Source: an uncultured Chloroflexia bacterium | Lineage (GTDB): Bacteria; Chloroflexota; Anaerolineae; CG2-30-64-16 | Assembly: GCA_963810095.1 (NCBI GenBank) | Contig: CAWEMM010000007.1 | Coordinates: 32,001-96,000, forward strand | Direction of reading: 5' to 3' | Length of the DNA stretch: 64,000 nucleotides | Shown: positions 61,655 to 64,000 of the stretch, in pieces | Numbering within the stretch: position 1 is the first letter of the stretch | How the letters are laid out: the number at the start of each line of letters is the position of its first letter | Notes under the pieces: generated by a model | What the model was told of the DNA's origin: nothing | Database searches by the model: none | The model's input: only the letters and a program-made list of their open reading frames with translations | Translations under genes and position numbers: made by a program

Positions 61655-62818
61655 TTACAGGCTCAGCATGATCGCCAGGACGATGCCACCCGCCAGGACG
61701 GACGCGACCTGGCCGGCGGTGTTCGCACCCATAGCGTGCATCAGAAGGAAGTTGTCATAATCTTCCTCGAGCCCAACCCGGTTGACCACCCGGGCGGCCA
61801 TGGGGAACGCACTGATGCCGGCCGCGCCGATCAGCGGATTAAACTTGCCGTGCGTGATGGAGTTCATGAACTTGCCGAACAGTACGCCGGCGCCGGTGTC
61901 GATCCCGAACGCCAGGATGCCCAGCAGCAGGATGATCAGCGTCTGCAGGTTGGCGAAGGACGTGCCCACCATCGTCGCGCCGATGGTCACGCCCAGGAAG
62001 ATCGTCGTAATGTTCGCCAGCTCGTTCGCGGCGGTCTTGACCAGCCGGTCGACCACGCCCGACTCGCGCATGAGGTTGCCGAACATCAGGAAGCCGATCA
62101 AGGGACTGGCTTGCGGTGCGATGAACCCGGTCACCAGCGTGACCATGACGGGGAAGATGATGCGCGCCCGCTTGCTTACCGGCCGCTCGATATAGGGCAT
62201 ACGAATCCGGCGCTCGGACTTCGTCGTGAGCGCGCGCATGATGGGCGGCTGAATGATGGGCACCAGGCTCATGTAGGTATAGGCGGCGACCGCGATGGGC
62301 GCCAGCAGGTGCGGCGCCAGCTTCGATGCGACGAAGATGCTCGTCGGCCCGTCGATCGCGCCGATGATGCCGATCGAGGCGGCCTCGTTCAGCGTAAACA
62401 TCCCGGTCGCCAGCGCGAGCAGCATCACCGCGAAGATGCCGAACTGGCCCGCCGCGCCCACCAGCACCATGCGCGGGTTGGATAGGAGAGGGCCGAAGTC
62501 GGTCATGGCGCCGATGCCAATGAACAGGATGAGGGGAAAGAGTTCTGTCTCGATGCCGGCCTTGTAGAGCGCGTAAAACACGCTGCCCTCGGGAATGTTG
62601 CCCGACATGATCGCTGCCAGGTCCAGGCCCATGCCCGCGCCGGGGATGTTGGCGAGGATCGCGCCCATGCCGATAGGGATCAGCAGGACAGGTTCATATT
62701 CCTTGGCGATGGCGAGGTAAATCAGCACCCCACCGATCACCATCATCAGCAGGTTGGCCCAGTTGAACTGCGTTAGCCCCGAGAAGATGGAGAGAAGGCC
62801 GTCCAGTACGGTCTGCAT
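61655..62818 (-). CDS. Na+-translocating decarboxylase beta subunit (OadB/MmdB/GcdB)
   Basis: EPVLL.PI, GIGAMTDF, GAAGQFG, GAIDGPT, AY.YM.LVPIIQPP and SAFPMAAR. Confidence 0.95.
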   Translation of the reverse strand: MQTVLDGLLSIFSGLTQFNWANLLMMVIGGVLIYLAIAKEYEPVLLIPIGMGAILANIPGAGMGLDLAAIMSGNIPEGSVFYALYKAGIETELFPLILFIGIGAMTDFGPLLSNPRMVLVGAAGQFGIFAVMLLALATGMFTLNEAASIGIIGAIDGPTSIFVASKLAPHLLAPIAVAAYTYMSLVPIIQPPIMRALTTKSERRIRMPYIERPVSKRARIIFPVMVTLVTGFIAPQASPLIGFLMFGNLMRESGVVDRLVKTAANELANITTIFLGVTIGATMVGTSFANLQTLIILLLGILAFGIDTGAGVLFGKFMNSITHGKFNPLIGAAGISAFPMAARVVNRVGLEEDYDNFLLMHAMGANTAGQVASVLAGGIVLAIMLSL

Positions 62819-62845
62819 CGTTGCTCCGATCTGCCTTGATCGTGC

Positions 62846-63316
62846 CTACGCCAGCCGGACCAGGACGTCGCCGTAGGCCACGTTCTGCCCCGCAGTCACA
62901 TGAACCGCGCCGACGGTGCCGCTGAAACTGACGCGAATCGGGTTCTTCATTTTCATCGCCTCGAGCACGCACACGACCTGGCCCACCTCTACCGGGTCGC
63001 CCACTTTTACCCCAACCGAGAGGATGGTGCCCGGCATCGGTGCGATCACTTCGTGGCCGCTTCCAGAGAGGGCCTCGACCGGCGCGGGCGAGGCCGGCCG
63101 GGCGACGGCCACCCGTGCCATGGGCGGCAGCGACGGGGGCTCCGGCGCGGGCCGCGGTGGTTCCGCCATCTGCGTCGGCTGGACGTTCACCCCGGTTCCC
63201 GATACCTCGACGTCAAACGTCTGCCCGTCGACGACGACTTGCAGGGGCGAGGCGCCCGGGTCCGGAATCTCGACATGGTACTTCTTGCCTTGGACGGTTA
63301 CATCAAACGTTGGCAC
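62846..63316 (-). CDS. Biotin carboxyl carrier subunit (MmdC-like)
   Basis: Pro/Ala linker, APMPG and EAMKM biotin site. Confidence 0.93.
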   Translation of the reverse strand: MPTFDVTVQGKKYHVEIPDPGASPLQVVVDGQTFDVEVSGTGVNVQPTQMAEPPRPAPEPPSLPPMARVAVARPASPAPVEALSGSGHEVIAPMPGTILSVGVKVGDPVEVGQVVCVLEAMKMKNPIRVSFSGTVGAVHVTAGQNVAYGDVLVRLA

Positions 63317-63336
63317 GGTAGTCCCTTTCTGAGAGG

Positions 63337-63432
63337 GAATGGGGCGCTGAGCGAACTGATTGAACCGAACCGCATCCTTCTGAGGGTCGGATCAGGCAGA
63401 CCGGTTCTATCTGTTGAATCTGCGTCCTATTC
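63337..63432. repeat. MITE/REP-like element (GAAT...CTATTC family)
   Basis: GAATGGGGCGCTGA ... TCTGCGTCCTATTC; supplies the stop of the OadG gene. Confidence 0.7.
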
Positions 63433-63828
63433 TTCAACCCGCGGTGGCTGCCAGGTTTGCAGCGTGCGTGCGCGGTTGCCCGTCACCCACGACGGCGCAA
63501 TGCGGCCGTGCTCGAACGCGGGCCCACCGGTGGGCGGCTGGAACAGGAGCGGCAGCGCGTTGGACAGCAGGGCCGCCGCCACCATCGCTGCCACCCGCCC
63601 GCGTTCCTCGGTCAGTTCCACAGCGGCTTCGAGCGCGGCCTGGGCTTCGGCCACGTCGGCCTCTTCGAGCACCATGCTGAGTTCACGCGCCGGCTCCTCT
63701 TTGTCCGCAAATACCTTCGTCAGAAGCCGTGTGAGGCCCCACAGCAGCGCCAGCGCGGCAAACACCAGCGTCATGCCGATCGCCGCGATCACCAGCCCTT
63801 GCTGCATGGGTGTTAAGGATGAAAGCAC
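63427..63828 (-). CDS. OadG/MmdD family decarboxylase subunit
   Basis: GL.IAAIGMTLVF..L TM, AAMVAAAL and W...R C-terminus; operon context. Confidence 0.85.
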   Translation of the reverse strand: MLSSLTPMQQGLVIAAIGMTLVFAALALLWGLTRLLTKVFADKEEPARELSMVLEEADVAEAQAALEAAVELTEERGRVAAMVAAALLSNALPLLFQPPTGGPAFEHGRIAPSWVTGNRARTLQTWQPPRVEE

Positions 63829-63843
63829 GTTTTCCCCCAGTTT

Positions 63844-63941
63844 GAATGGGACGCTGATTGGATTGATCTGACTGATTCTGATGATTTCACAGGGCGAAGA
63901 TCGTGAGAATCAGTCTCATCAGTTCGATCTGTGTCCTATTC
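63844..63941. repeat. MITE/REP-like element (GAAT...CTATTC family)
   Basis: GAATGGGACGCTGATT ... TCTGTGTCCTATTC. Confidence 0.7.
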
Positions 63942-63945
63942 CTGC

Positions 63946-64000
63946 TCACAGCGGCATGCAGCCGTGCTTCTTCGCCGGGTTGCTGGCCACCTTGGAGCGC
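63946..64000 (-). CDS. C-terminal end of an acyl-CoA carboxyltransferase subunit (MmdA/PccB-like), partial
   Basis: RSKVASNPAKKHGCMPL* matches the KKHGNxPL terminus and lies upstream of oadG/BCCP/oadB. Confidence 0.8.
   Translation of the reverse strand, partial: RSKVASNPAKKHGCMPL

Noticed and set aside
1-64000. tRNA, rRNA, integrase or transposase genes
   Set aside because: None recognised by eye in this window.

Overview
High-GC bacterial window. Gene content and C-terminal 'FLPxxxR' tails suggest Chloroflexota, Anaerolineae/Caldilineae-like (inference). From left to right it contains: a partial class A PBP, DUF2249, a TldD/TldE pair, a cupredoxin lipoprotein and a heterodimeric ABC exporter preceded by a putative leader-peptide attenuator. 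Next come Mo-hydroxylase maturation genes (mocA, xdhC) flanking a catalytically degenerate ProRS paralog, an SPFH protein, a PPi-type PFK and two paralogous lipoproteins. A purine-catabolism-like cluster follows (cyclase, C-N hydrolase, CoA-transferase, FdrA, DUF1116, NCS2 permease, XDH-family trimer), then a LysM-CAP protein. The most notable locus is a + strand cluster behind a consensus sigma70 promoter: caspase-TIR, TIR-STAND NTPase-TM-WD40, three secreted proteins including a PorU-like C25 peptidase. After it lie the ligase-associated DNA-damage operon (split by a surface protein gene), a TPR-zincin protein, DUF4037 and the 3' part of a Na+-pumping acyl-CoA decarboxylase operon. Several families of short palindromic REP/MITE-like elements occur between genes and in frame inside genes. 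At least nine apparent frameshifts are probably sequencing indels. All calls rest on motif recognition by eye; no searches were run.
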